From Epithemia pelagica (taxonomy: Eukaryota; Protista; Bacillariophyta), in contig OX337231.1 of NCBI GenBank assembly GCA_946965045.2, positions 1,860,001 to 1,924,000 of the forward strand: a DNA stretch of 64,000 nt, in the 5' to 3' direction. The translations under genes were made by a program, and so were the position numbers. The notes under the pieces were generated by a model, which did not search any database, was not told the DNA's origin, and was given only the letters and a program-made list of their open reading frames with translations. Numbering within the stretch: the stretch's first letter is position 1; each line of letters starts with the position of its first letter. Positions 20,182 through 32,500 of this stretch are shown here, piece by piece.

Positions 20182-22632
20182 TCATCTCTGCGGAGCTGCT
20201 ACAGAAGCTGAAGTTGCAGACGATTTGGAATCACGATTCTTGTGTCTGTTTTGAACATAATTGTACACTGAAATGATTGCTTTGGGTGTCAAACCGCTGA
20301 TTTGCGAGGCCTGCGCAAAGGTTTCGGGTCGAATGAGATTGAGTTTTTCCAGTTCTTCCATGCGAAGACAAGGTAGAGTTTCACGAGTGTATTCAATATC
20401 TGGAGGGATGCGTAGACCCTGTGCCTTCCTCCAGCTGTCCATGTCCTTTTGCTGCCGGTCAGAATACGCACTATACTTGATTGACGCTTCCACCGTGTCA
20501 TATACCGAAGAAGGAGAATGTCCAATCAACGTGGTACCATTTTCAGAATCCGGTGTCTCCTGATCCATTTGTTCTGTTTGAACAGTCGCAATCACGTCCT
20601 CGACAAGTTTCAACGTGACCTTTGGCATGGCAAGAACTTGCTCGGCAGTCTTTTTACGACCCACCCGTCTTTCTACGTTCGCGCCACCCATTGCTTCTTC
20701 TCCTCCTCGCTCCGCCCATTCGGTAACTCTCATCTCAAAGCCCCGCAATTTTTCCAGGCGATCCTCAATCACGAATTCTCTCTCGTACAATGCACCAACC
20801 CGCTCTTCATCCGTCACGATTCCAAACTCCATTCCTTTCCGTGTCAGTCTTAGGTCGGCATTGTCCGCTCTCAAGCTAATGCGATACTCAGCCCTACTGG
20901 TAAACATGCGATAGGGTTCCATTGTTCCCCGCGTCACAAGGTCATCAATCAGAACACCAATATAACCTTCATCACGACCAATGACAAACGGCATCGGTGG
21001 TTTGTCACCCGCCGACGTGGCAAGAGCAGTGCGACCGGCATTGGCCCCGGCGACAATACCTTGGGCACCGGCCTCTTCGTATCCAGTGGTTCCACAGATT
21101 TGGCCGGCCAAATACAGGCCACCAATTTTCTTTGTTTCTAACGTATGAGTGAGCGATTGTGGGTTGACAAAGTCATATTCCACATCGTAACCAGGGCGGA
21201 CAATCTCTACCGCACCCATGCCTTTCATGGAGCGCAAGATTTTCTCCTGAACCTCGGGTGGATACGGCCCACTCATCCCGTTAGGGTACACCAAATCTGT
21301 ATTCAAACCCTCTGGTTCTAGAAAGCAGTTGTGACCCTCACGGTCGGGAAATCGCTGTACTTTCTTATAAATAGATGGGCAATATCGAGGCCCATTGCCT
21401 TTCCCGTCCAAACCATCATAGGTTGGAAGTGTATGTTCATATTCCATCACCAGCTTGTGCGTTTCTTCGTTTGTCGCAGTTTGATAGCATTTGATGAGCC
21501 TCCCAGCGGCAACGTTCGGAGGTTGTCCCCCTTTGGCCTGCAGAAGATGCGAGAAAGGTTGCGCCGGGTTTTCGGACGGTTGTTCGGTCAAAATGTCCCA
21601 GTCAATGGTGTTACCATCCACTCGGGCGGGTGTCCCTGTTTTTAGTCGTCCCAGCGGGAATTCAAAGCGCTCCAGCGTTTTTGCAAGTCCCACACTGGGT
21701 GCCTCCACTTGTTCGGAATCCCTCAAGTGTCTGCCACCGGCATAGCGATCGTGACCCAACATCAAAACACCCCGCAAAAAAGTTCCTGTCGTGACCACCA
21801 CCGACCGTCCGTATAGCTCTTGTTGCGTATCATCGTCATGCTGTACGATTACACCACGAATGTGTGCTCGGCGATCATAATGATGCGTCGATGACTCGAT
21901 CATTTCTTCTTGAGAGCTGCCCAATAGCCCTGTTTGCTGTGCTCCATCGCGTGATCGACTCGAAGCACCTGAAGAGGACTGGGAGATTGTTTCATGCCGT
22001 TCATCCAACAAAAAATCTTGTACACTGGCTTGTACAAGAGACAAATTGGGATATGTACTCAAGACAGCCTGCATGGCCTGCTTGTAAAGATCTCGATCCA
22101 TTTGGGCACGAGGTCCTCGCACAGCCGGTCCTTTTCGTCGATTCAAGATTCGAAAATGAATCCCTGCTTCATCGGCGATTTGACCCATGAGACCACCCAG
22201 AGCATCAATTTCACGGACTAAATGACCCTTCCCAATCCCTCCCATGCTAGGATTACACGACAATTCTCCAATTGTTTCGAGTTTCTGCGTTACTAAAGCA
22301 GTTCGAGCACCCGTCCGTGCCGCCGCGGCGGCAGCTTCACATCCGGCATGACCTCCTCCTACCACAATCACATCAAACGAATCACTGCCTCCGTTCGACC
22401 CAGAAAGTGCGGAAGAACGACGAATCTGAGGAACATGGACTGAGGCAAACGCCTGTACCTGGCGAAACAACCGTGGCGCTTGTGGTGTCCGAGGCAGTAG
22501 ATTGCTCGTAAACGCCCATGTCCTCGTACTGGTGAACACAAGCACAAAAGAAGCCATGAACAGGCGAAACAGAAGGCTGTTTCCAATATACAGCGGCGAT
22601 GCCAATCGAGGGGAAGAAACCATCAACCACAA
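20182..22632 (-). CDS. mnmG: tRNA uridine 5-carboxymethylaminomethyl modification enzyme MnmG/GidA (organellar)
   Basis: VGGGHAGCEAA, SCNPSMGGIGKG, RLKTGTP, PRYCPS, AGQICGTTGYEEA; N-terminal targeting-like extension; start codon uncertain. Confidence 0.95.
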   Translation of the reverse strand: MWLMVSSPRLASPLYIGNSLLFRLFMASFVLVFTSTRTWAFTSNLLPRTPQAPRLFRQVQAFASVHVPQIRRSSALSGSNGGSDSFDVIVVGGGHAGCEAAAAAARTGARTALVTQKLETIGELSCNPSMGGIGKGHLVREIDALGGLMGQIADEAGIHFRILNRRKGPAVRGPRAQMDRDLYKQAMQAVLSTYPNLSLVQASVQDFLLDERHETISQSSSGASSRSRDGAQQTGLLGSSQEEMIESSTHHYDRRAHIRGVIVQHDDDTQQELYGRSVVVTTGTFLRGVLMLGHDRYAGGRHLRDSEQVEAPSVGLAKTLERFEFPLGRLKTGTPARVDGNTIDWDILTEQPSENPAQPFSHLLQAKGGQPPNVAAGRLIKCYQTATNEETHKLVMEYEHTLPTYDGLDGKGNGPRYCPSIYKKVQRFPDREGHNCFLEPEGLNTDLVYPNGMSGPYPPEVQEKILRSMKGMGAVEIVRPGYDVEYDFVNPQSLTHTLETKKIGGLYLAGQICGTTGYEEAGAQGIVAGANAGRTALATSAGDKPPMPFVIGRDEGYIGVLIDDLVTRGTMEPYRMFTSRAEYRISLRADNADLRLTRKGMEFGIVTDEERVGALYEREFVIEDRLEKLRGFEMRVTEWAERGGEEAMGGANVERRVGRKKTAEQVLAMPKVTLKLVEDVIATVQTEQMDQETPDSENGTTLIGHSPSSVYDTVEASIKYSAYSDRQQKDMDSWRKAQGLRIPPDIEYTRETLPCLRMEELEKLNLIRPETFAQASQISGLTPKAIISVYNYVQNRHKNRDSKSSATSASVAAPQR

Positions 22633-22936
22633 ACCAACACTTGACCGTACTGGAGAAGAACAAACTCGATGGCCGCCATCAACCGGATCCGGCAGCTTAG
22701 GATCGGCGGCTGGAGAATGACTGGGGTCGACGAACGATTACGCCCAGGCGCCCGGACTTTTCTATTTTATTTAATACACTGTTTATTTATTGAGAGTGTA
22801 CCCACTGGAGAGTGTGGGATGAATCATCATTCGCGACCGTCAGTCGTCCTGTTGTGACGTAATTTTGTGGTTTTTGCTCACATTTTTTTGTTCGTCTCTT
22901 GGACCTGACAAAGAATTTGGTGTCGACAGTTCGACC

Positions 22937-24148
22937 ATGAAAGGGATTGAAGTGGCATTATGGTTGGCGGCGCATTGGACAGCCGCCCCACCTCCTTCAG
23001 AGCAGGTCACGGTTTTATCCAGGAATTCCCATGAAGCGACATCAACAATGGCAGCCGTCCCGATGACACCACTACAGCAAGGTATCTCCGTTTGGTTGTC
23101 GTCGTCTACCAGCAATGAGGAAGGGAATACATATGTGCCACCGTCCGACACGGATGTGTTGTTGCTCCGACAAGCATTTGCGGAATTCTACAGCTCTCAA
23201 CCTGATCTGGTCAAAAGTGAGCAACTTCTTTCCAAAGTCATTGGCATATGGGAAACACAACCGGACGATGAACGTGCTGGATTGTACCGTGTTCGAGGCG
23301 ATTGCTATACCGCTCTGGGAGACGCCACCAAAGCAATCGCAGACTACGACAAGGCTGTCCAATTGCTGGATGGACCGGCTGGTGACGCTGCGGATCCATC
23401 GGAACTTCCCGCTTCGTTACTGGGGCGTGCTCGGGCACTCAAGAGTCTCCCCCGAAAAGACTTGACTGTTGCGCAAGCCAAACAATCCGCCTTGGATTAC
23501 GAACGGTATCTCAAACTTTCGTCTCGTGAGGAATGGGATACCGATCAAGAGTTGTTGGAAGACGGTGCCACACGGAATCCGTATGCCGCATGGGAATGGG
23601 GATCGGTCCTCCGATCGGCGGGGGCCTGGAAACGAGCGGCCGTGGCACATGAACTCGCATCGCAAGCCTTTACCGAAATTGGGGACCGAGCTCGATCGGT
23701 CATGTCATTGACGGATGCTGGTATTGACTATGCGGCGGCACAGCAAGAGAAGAAGGCGGTCAAAGTTCTGGAAACGGCGATTCGACTCACACCGGGGGTG
23801 GAATCGAGAGACGTTGCCTTGTTGCAACGCGTCCTGGCCAAGGAAGGCGAAGGACGCATGGCATTGGCGGCACTCTTATGGAATAGCAAAGATGCGGACC
23901 AACGACAATCTGCCGAACGCATTTTGGGAGAAGCCTGTGAACGACTCGACCAAATGCAAGCGGATGCCGTCAACAAGGGTGGAGCACCACCGGTCCCGAA
24001 CAGTCGCCTCTTGTTTGGTATGGATGATGACGGAGTGCCTGCCCTTCAGGTGTCATGCTATCGATTCAAAAACCCTGTGTTTCTGGATCAACTCGGGTGG
24101 CCGAAAGATTTGCAAGAGAAGGTGATCAAGCTAGAAACACTAAGATAG
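22937..24148 (+). CDS. Tetratricopeptide-repeat-like helical protein
   Basis: Ala-rich helical repeats such as LYRVRGDCYTALGDATKAIADYDKAVQL; first ATG at 22937. Confidence 0.65.
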   Translation: MKGIEVALWLAAHWTAAPPPSEQVTVLSRNSHEATSTMAAVPMTPLQQGISVWLSSSTSNEEGNTYVPPSDTDVLLLRQAFAEFYSSQPDLVKSEQLLSKVIGIWETQPDDERAGLYRVRGDCYTALGDATKAIADYDKAVQLLDGPAGDAADPSELPASLLGRARALKSLPRKDLTVAQAKQSALDYERYLKLSSREEWDTDQELLEDGATRNPYAAWEWGSVLRSAGAWKRAAVAHELASQAFTEIGDRARSVMSLTDAGIDYAAAQQEKKAVKVLETAIRLTPGVESRDVALLQRVLAKEGEGRMALAALLWNSKDADQRQSAERILGEACERLDQMQADAVNKGGAPPVPNSRLLFGMDDDGVPALQVSCYRFKNPVFLDQLGWPKDLQEKVIKLETLR

Positions 24149-24588
24149 ATACTCAGGAGTAGGATTGAAGAACTCGGCAATTCACCATGGTGATGGTGAG
24201 TCGAGTCGTACGGATTCGTGAATGAGCGCATTTTACCATTTACCAGCTGGCCCTTCTCGTTCATACTCGTATGAGTACTCTATGAGTATTGACTACGGTA
24301 CTTGTATACGTCTATTAGTAAGGGTACTCGTACGCACTTACTTTGGATTTCTGCTGAAGATGTTTTTGTGTTTTATGTTTTATGAGATGCGCTCGCGGCT
24401 TCGCATTGGATTTTGTGGAGTCACGTGTTTCTTTGTTTCTTTCAGCTTCCAAGATCCAAAGATTCCATCCGCCGTCACCCGTCAACCACAGCCATTCAGA
24501 TCATCTCATTTATCCATTGGATCAATTCTTTGTATCTTGCCCAGGTGGACTCCTTACCCGGTGAAGAAAACCCAAAGGAAGTGAGATC

Positions 24589-26199
24589 ATGAAGGTATTT
24601 GATTTGAGCATGAAGAGTCGGAAGGGAGGTTCGCACATCGCAGTGGTGGCATTGTTGGTATCATTCTTGGGTGGAGCCATGGCCGATGCCGGTGATCATC
24701 CGCACAACGAAGAAGCGGTTCTCAACTTTCACGGATCCGGTACGACGAACCCATCGAGATGTTATTGGGCCATTATGCAGCAGTTTGAAGAACGAACCAA
24801 GCATCCGATTCGTGCCACCTACCGTGCCGTCGGTTCGACGACTGGCATTGAAGAGTTTGTCAATGGCTACGACCCGTTTGTTCCGGCCAGCGACTTTTCC
24901 TCCGGAGATCTCCCCTTGAACAATACGGTCTACCGTGCCTTTCAGGACGCGGACATTGAAGTCCTTCATCTTCCGGTTTTGTTGGGTGCTGTCTCTTTCT
25001 TCCATTCCGTTCCTGTGCAGCGTTTGAATTTAACGGGCTGTTTGTTGGCCCGTATCTTTGACCGTAAAATTACCGACTGGACCGCCAAGGAAATCACGGA
25101 CTTGAATCCCGAACTCAGGGAACGTCAGGAATCCTTCCCGATTCGTGTGGCTCGACGAGTGAGGGGTAGTTCCTCTACGGATGCGGTGACCAACGTAAGT
25201 CAGGAATATGTGATGATTGGTTGTATGGGTGGGTGTTGTTGGACTCATCTGACTCTGTTGTGTTGCCAAAGTACTTGTTTGATTCCTGTCCCGAACATTG
25301 GACCGAGGACAAAACTGGACCGTTGATCTCCTGGGATGCGGATACAGTTGGATGCGAAGGATCCGGAGGAATGACGGACTGCATCAACGAAGAACAAGGA
25401 ACTATTGGATACATTGACGCTGGCCATGGAAACTCTGCAGGTCTGGCCGAAATCGAACTCGAAAATAGGGACGGAACGTTGTTGAGCTCGCAAGAAGCTT
25501 CCGCCGAGGGAGGAATTGATGCGGCTGAGGAAGGTGTCATGCCAGCTGCGGCGGACTTTGACTTTAGCGGTGTTTCCCTTTTGAATCGTCCGGGAAAGTA
25601 CACTTGGCCTCTTGTGCAAATGACGTACATTTATGTTCGAAGAAACATCACCTTCTTGGCTTTCCCCGATGAACAGACCTTGATGGTGGCATTTCTGAGG
25701 GCTCTCTATGAGGACGAATATGTCCAGCAATGTGTGAAGAATTAGTAAGTGTGACACCAGAAGTGTTGGACGCCGTGAATCCAAAACGACAATCTCACCG
25801 CATACGCGTTTCGATTCAAGTGGATTCACGAGGCCCTCTGCTTCCACTCGCCAGCTAGCATTGGATGGTATTGACTCGCTTTTGATTCATCCGGATGCTC
25901 ACGACTTTGCGTTTGAAACAAGTACCCTTCCTGTTGATGGAACAGATTACTATTTGATCAGTTCCAAACGTAAGCGCATCGCCAGCATTATTCAAAGTGG
26001 TATTCAAGATGACGTTGAAACTCTTCTGGAAATTAGCTCAGTGCTCCGTCAAGAGATGAATGAACAGCAGTTTGGCATGACAGATGATCAAGAACGCCAA
26101 TTGAAAGCTGCCCTAGTTCTCAGCTCTCTTTCGTTTATCATGTGTTTCCTTATTTTCTGTCTTTTGGGAAAGAACATGTTGATGACTAAATTTATGTGA
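24589..26199 (+). CDS. PstS-like phosphate-binding-domain protein with signal peptide and C-terminal transmembrane helix; 3 exons (introns 25195-25271, 25745-25820)
   Basis: HGSGTT, YRAVGSTTG, GSSST, IGYID, WPLVQMTYIYV motifs of the PstS fold; both GT-AG introns restore frame. Confidence 0.8.
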
Positions 26200-26471
26200 G
26201 AGCCCTTCGCATCCAAGCCATCTTTGGCATGCTGAGAGTGACTAGACCATAGAGGCAGCTTTCTTGGACTGCAATGCCCCTGGGGTCGTTCTCCGCCATG
26301 TCATTGGTGGCTTTTCTACGGACTGGGAGACTTGCTTTGGATGAAGGACTTTCATGGTGATGCCTACAGAATACGACACCTCCTTGGAACGAAGAAACAA
26401 AGGCGGTATCTCAAAAATCTGATTGCATATTGATTACGTGGTTTTAAGTTAAAGGAAGTTACTTTTTATGA

Positions 26472-27548
26472 TTAGCAGTTGTCATCGTGGTAGACCCAAT
26501 CCTTTTGATACTCACCAGGCTTGTTTTGGGCATGACGTGCATTGTCCATAGGAAGGGATTTGGATTGAGCGCTGCTGAGAATACTCAATATTGAGACTGC
26601 AATAGATTGTGCCGTCATTGTGGGCCTCCAATCTTTTCCCAACAAGGACAAGCAGATATCACCATTCGTGTACACGTGCTCATGTACGGGTATGTCAGGC
26701 GGGAGGAAGTACACACTTGGAGGTACTGTTGGGTATTGAGCTGGAAATGCTATTCGTAACCGGAATGTTTCTCCTTCATAAATCGTATTCTTTGCACCTT
26801 TCATTGTTACAATCCATACTCGCAGATTCTTCCCTACTTTTACCTTTAGGTTTGGAGGAGGATCAGTGAGAAAAGCTTTCAGTTCTCGTTGAATTCGGTA
26901 GTTCGGAGAGTTTGCTTTGAGATCTTTCTGAACATGTGCCGTTGCTAAAGAAGATGACTGTTTTTTCGAACTAGACCCAGACGATTTTGACGATCTCTTT
27001 TTCGATGTTGACTCAGAAGCAGTTTTTGTTTTGGAGGTCGTTTTCGCAGCTGACTTCTTCTTTGACTTTACCGATGCCTTGTCTTCTTCAGTATCCTTCT
27101 CTGGCCCTTTCGTTCGTTCTTGCTGTGTGTCTGACTTGACCTTTGTTTTCTTCTTTTTCTTCTTTTTTGATCCCTTTTCTTTTCGCGGCTTGGGGAGCAG
27201 CGCCAAGCCGGTAATTGATTCAACGGCTGAGAAACACTTCCGCAAATAGCCTGCAATGGAAGGAGATCTCCCTTCCAATGAATCTATACATTTTTCAATG
27301 AAATTCTGAATATTCGAAAGAAGGCTGCTTTCGCCAAGGCTTTGGTCGACCTCTGTTGCACCTCCTCGTATCGTCAACGCCCTCGGGTCCCAATCAACAG
27401 TCAGACGGTGGGACAAGTCTCCATCTTGTTCCTTGACGGGTCGATTGACATTGTTCACCAGACGGATTCCATGGCCTAATGGTCTGAGGCCATTTGCAAC
27501 AGAGCATAGGACGAGAATACGCAAGGCAAATACCATCGCGATCATCAT
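26472..27548 (-). CDS. UBE2W-like ubiquitin-conjugating enzyme with long N-terminal extension
   Basis: PVHEHVYTNGDICLSLL active-site motif; hydrophobic N-terminus, IRGG and Lys/Ser-rich linker. Confidence 0.85.
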   Translation of the reverse strand: MMIAMVFALRILVLCSVANGLRPLGHGIRLVNNVNRPVKEQDGDLSHRLTVDWDPRALTIRGGATEVDQSLGESSLLSNIQNFIEKCIDSLEGRSPSIAGYLRKCFSAVESITGLALLPKPRKEKGSKKKKKKKTKVKSDTQQERTKGPEKDTEEDKASVKSKKKSAAKTTSKTKTASESTSKKRSSKSSGSSSKKQSSSLATAHVQKDLKANSPNYRIQRELKAFLTDPPPNLKVKVGKNLRVWIVTMKGAKNTIYEGETFRLRIAFPAQYPTVPPSVYFLPPDIPVHEHVYTNGDICLSLLGKDWRPTMTAQSIAVSILSILSSAQSKSLPMDNARHAQNKPGEYQKDWVYHDDNC

Positions 27549-27776
27549 TCTTGCAGAGTCAATGCTTGTCGAGTTTGAAGTTTTCGAGACACGAGGCCCA
27601 CAAAACATCAGATTCGATCCCAGATTTCTCGCACCACCAACGACCACGTGGAACCATTCTACGAGGAAAGTGTCGTACTTGATGGGTTATGTGTCCTCTA
27701 CAAAAACTTGGAGATGACAGTTTCGAGTTTGCCAGTGAACAAAGTTTTACTAAAGGATGCTAATGAGGCCCTAACC

Positions 27777-29111
27777 CTACTTGAAAACCTTGCTATCCTG
27801 AATTGGCTTTCCTTCCAACTCATTCTCAGAGCACCAATAGGCATACACTTGCGCTTTCACTTCGTCCGTGAGTTCTTTGCCTTTTCCGGCAAGCATAGTC
27901 CAGGTGTACCAGTTGGCGTCATCGTTTGCGTTTACCATGTGCTCAACAGTGTCTCCACGAAGCAGCCAAATTCCTTTGATTTCAAGCATAGTTTCTTCGG
28001 TTCCAAGGACATCCATCACACCGAACGCCCAGCGACGGATCTCGTCCGAGCGCTGTTGGAAGCCTCCAACCGCATTGGACGTCATGAAAGTCCTCTTGTT
28101 CTCTTCCTGGTAGTTGTACACTTGCAGCCAGATAGAGTAACCTTCGGGATCGAACTTTTCCCAGAAGTAGTTCATAGCAGCGTCGTAAGTAGGAGCATTC
28201 GAGTACTGTTTCTTCCATGCATCCATGTTGAAGGTCGAAGGGCTCTCTTTATCCATGATCTTATAAGGGTGCTCGGCCTTTTTCACAGGAGCAGGTTCTG
28301 CTGGGGCTTCCTCCTTCTTCTTTTCTTCCTTCTTTTTGTCTTTCTTGCCTCCTTCTTTCTTGGCGCCTCCCTTAGCAGGAGCATCCTGGCCTGCAGCAAC
28401 GAGTTCAGTCTTGCACATGGTAACTTGGCCGACAACCTGTTGGAACTCCGCTTGATTCACACAGGTCTGGAACCAACGAACAACATTGGGATAGGGCTTA
28501 AGGTAGTTCTTGTCCGCCACCAATTTGAAAGGGTAGAGCAAGGTGCTGGCCACCACGATATCCGCCAAAGTAATCTGGTGATTCACCAAATACGTCTTAT
28601 CCAACAAGTGGTTGTTCAAGAGTTCGAGTCCTTTTCCCAAGTCAGCCTTGGCTTTTTCGTAGCTATTAATCACCAGAGGGATATAGACGTACGGAAACAA
28701 CCTGTAAGAATTTGCTGTCACCAAAAGAACGTTTAGTTACAGCACAATGACTTACGCAGGGGCATTGAAAGGCATGTATCCAGCAACAGGATAGAACCAC
28801 ACACAAGAAGGAAGTTCCAGATCTTGAGCAGCCCAGTCCATCCAGGCATCAATGGCCGCAGTCTCGATAAGAGTAGTCCCGGTCAAACCAGTATCACGAC
28901 GGATACCAGCAATGAAACGAGCCATTGCGTGAGACGAAAAGATGGTGGACCCATCGGGCAGCTCCAACAAAGGCAGCTTGCCCACAGGAGACTTGGAGGC
29001 AGCGCCCAAGTCAGTTGACACGTCAATGCTCACGCCATTGTATTCGGCGGCAATCAAAGTGCTGAAAGCACGGAACGATGCTTCAGGAGCGTAGAGCTTG
29101 TAGGTCGGCAT
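27777..29111 (-). CDS. EEF1G: Elongation factor 1B gamma; intron 28663-28755
   Basis: GST-like N-terminal domain; C-terminal FNMDAWKKQYSN, FMTSNAVGGFQQR motifs. Confidence 0.93.
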
Positions 29112-29509
29112 GGTGAATTAGGGCAACCCAAAGTTGTGACTGCCGTGGGTGGTGGCCACTTTCGGCACGCACTACAACTGCACGTTCGCCTTCTTGATTA
29201 CTATCTATTCCATAGTACTCTTTCCAGACATGCACAAAGATTCGCCCGGCACAAATGCGCCACCGCCACAAATACAAACCGACGTCTGTACGATGAACGA
29301 ATGACGATGGGTGATAGGCCATGTAGCTTCCCTCCTAGGAGTAAGATGAGAGACGAGGCGGGAACAACTCCAACTCGGATTCTCATATTGATTACTGCCT
29401 GGTCCTGAATCGGTGGAGCCATCCTGTGTCATTCAACAGGTCTGTCTGAATAGTAGGAATGGAACTGTTTCGAAACAGGTAATACACTAGAGTAATGTGA
29501 TTAGATTGA

Positions 29510-32500
29510 TTAACGTCCATATGGATCAAATGAAACCAAACCTCCATATTTTTGAATCCTTTCGAGGGCAGGCCGAAGAGCCGGACTTCCACGACAAAGA
29601 GTCGAAAATGAACCGACCATGACCAGCTTCATTTTTGCTCTCGTAACCGCTACACTCAACCTCCTCGCATCTGAAAGTAGCTTCCCTACCATACCTTTGC
29701 TGTTACTGCGAACCATCGACAATATAATAACGTCCTTGTCACGCCCCTGGTATCGATCAATTGTACTGATTTCCAGTCCTTGTTTGCACATTCCTGCAAG
29801 CATCGGGTCCTCTTGAAGGATACGCAGCTGGGCCCGAAAGGGGCAGATAACTCCAATTGAGTCGACTTTCACAGATAATGACAGAAACCTCTCAACAAGG
29901 GACTTAACAATACTGCATTCTGTATCATTCACAAGAGAGCCCCCTCTGCTCAGTTTTCTCTCCAGAGAGCATTCTTTCCGTTCATCTACTTCAGAACCGT
30001 TGTCTGTGTCAACGAAAACAGCCGGGATGTCGGGATCAACAGCCATTTTCATCCAACTGGGCCAAGTGACAAAGTCGCCACTTTTCTTAACCAAAAGCCT
30101 CCTTTTCGCCACCGAGTCGTCTGCACAGCGTAGATCCCCATTGTACATAATGGCGTTGCTCAGATCACATATGCTGTCGGCCATTCGGTACTGCAGTCTC
30201 AGTTGGGAAACCGCAAAGGGATGACTATCAGAAAGTCGCTCCAGCATAGATTGCCCAAAACCACCTTCCTCTGCAAGCTCACTCTGTACCAACGGTGGAA
30301 GTTGTTTCTGGTCACCAACTAAAACAAACTTCCCCGCGGCTTGGAGAGCCCCTATAATTGCAGGCTGGTTGATTTGGCCGGCTTCGTCAACAATGACGAA
30401 GTCAAAATCCTTTATTGATAACAACGGAGATCTGGGAACCGACAAAACAGTCGCCCCCACTACTCGAGAACGAAGCATCGTGTGTCTCAAGCTCTCTGGC
30501 GTCGCCACGGTCGTCTCGTGTCGACTTGTCTCCCTCGACTTGGCGATCTCCGTCACGAGGAAGGGTGAGATGTCATTATGGCATACTGATTTCTGACCCA
30601 CTCTGACCAACGAACCATTTGGGCTCCCATTTGTTTTTCCACAACCGGACTCGATCAGCTTCAGGAGAACGTTATCCACAGCAGAGTGTGTATAGGAGGC
30701 GATCAAAACTCGTTGGCCACGAGCAACCAGGGCACGAACAATAAATGCAATTGTAGATGTCTTCCCTGTTCCTGGGAGACCTTGAATTATACAATAATCG
30801 TGGCAAGTGAGAACCCGTTTCGTTGCCGCTTGCTGGTCTGGATTTAAACGGCAAAACTCTTCGTCAAGATCTGACTTCTTGCAATCTGGCATTATGCTTA
30901 ATGATACTGATTCCGAACTGTTATCAAACTTAGGAGCATCCAGGTGAACCAGTAACCGCCTCAGCTGAATATTTCTAAGGGCTCTTTTCTTGAGACTTGG
31001 ATCTTCGTTGACCGGTCTAGCGAAAAGATTTATCAGGTTCTGTCGAAGAGTTCCTACTCCCGTAGCAACCTCGTCTCGATCCATTCGAAAGAGGATGGGA
31101 GCCACAGCGCGACCTTTGTATTTTGCCAGTAGTTTATCCAGTCTAACGACATCGTCATAGGACGCTCGAAGGCAGACAAAATCTTCCGAGAGACGGTCAA
31201 TAATGCCACGTATAATGTGCAGATGGGGGCGATACGTTTGGGTTGATTTTGTCAGCGATGTGTCATCAGTACTCAGAATTACATGGCATCCGTTCTCGAG
31301 ACCCAAGGTAAGGAGTGACGTCGAGAGCTGAGAACCACCATTTCTTCTCAACCGTATGATTGAAGGTGATGATGAATCAGGGGGTGCTCTTTCAACACAG
31401 TCAAACTCCAAAGCTGAAATGCATTTTCCAGTTTTCTTTTCCCGTTCTATCGATTGAATAAGCCAAGAAGATGCCGCGCTCGAAGTGCTGCAGTCGACCT
31501 CAAGATCAATCAATTGATCCCATTTCTGAAAATAAGCAAAATCTTCTTCTAGAAGAGATCCAGCAACTTGCGAGATTGCCTGCGAGTGCTCCTCCATCGA
31601 ATTTTGTTCACCGACTAAGGCCCGCTCGCTTGCGGCATACATCATGCACTCTCTGTTTGCATAACATCGTTTGCATGAATGAGCGTCTCGTAGCATTTCA
31701 GGAAGTCGAGCGGGGACCATTACATCGAGGACTGATTTAGGTCTGGATTCAGACTTTTTTTCTTTGCCGCAATGGGATTCCAGAAGTTTCACACCCCGAG
31801 GACGTGATGACATCAACTGTTGGCTCGCAACAGCGTTCCTTTGACCGATTAAACTCTTTAACTCCGAAATGAGTGGAGACACGTGAATTGCTCGCACACC
31901 TTCATTGTTTATATAGAGAAGGGCCCCTACTCCCAAGTTTCCGTTATTTTCTGGTTGGCACAAACGCGAGTGAGTCAAGAGATTGTACAGTGTCAATTGC
32001 GCCATGTGGGAAGTTTGTGGAGTCTGGTTATGACCAGTTTTGAGTTCGACACATGCAAGAGATGTCGAGGAGTGCGACGATGAGCGAGGTTGTTTTAGTG
32101 GTGTCGTTTTCGCCTCCACGAGAACATCGGCTGAACCCTTCAGACCCAGTTCATGTGAAACAAGCGATTCCTCAATTGATTCGACATTTTCGACGAGAAA
32201 CTGAATCGCTTCGTATCCTCCATGTCGTTCAAGGTGCCCTCCGATACCGTTTGGAGATGAACCTAGTGATGTGAACCCATCAAGAAACGCTACCAGTTGC
32301 GGAAATATTTTAAACAATTCAGTCTCCGCCTCTGATGAGGAAACTTGACACGCAACCAGCCCTTCCGCGTTTTGGTGTATAATCTGTGGAATTTGTTTTC
32401 GCACGAAAGCTTCTGAGAAGTCTCTGGATCGGAGACACTGCTGGAAAAGTTCGTGTCTCATTGTTCCATAGAGTGGAGCGATTGCTTTAACGAAAGCAAA

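Noticed and set aside
24130-24330. Recurring TAGGAG/TACTC-like words in several intergenic gaps
   Set aside because: Too short and variable to call a regulatory motif without genome-wide enrichment statistics
27648-28736. 362-aa plus-strand ORF
   Set aside because: Antisense shadow of the codon-biased eEF1B-gamma gene
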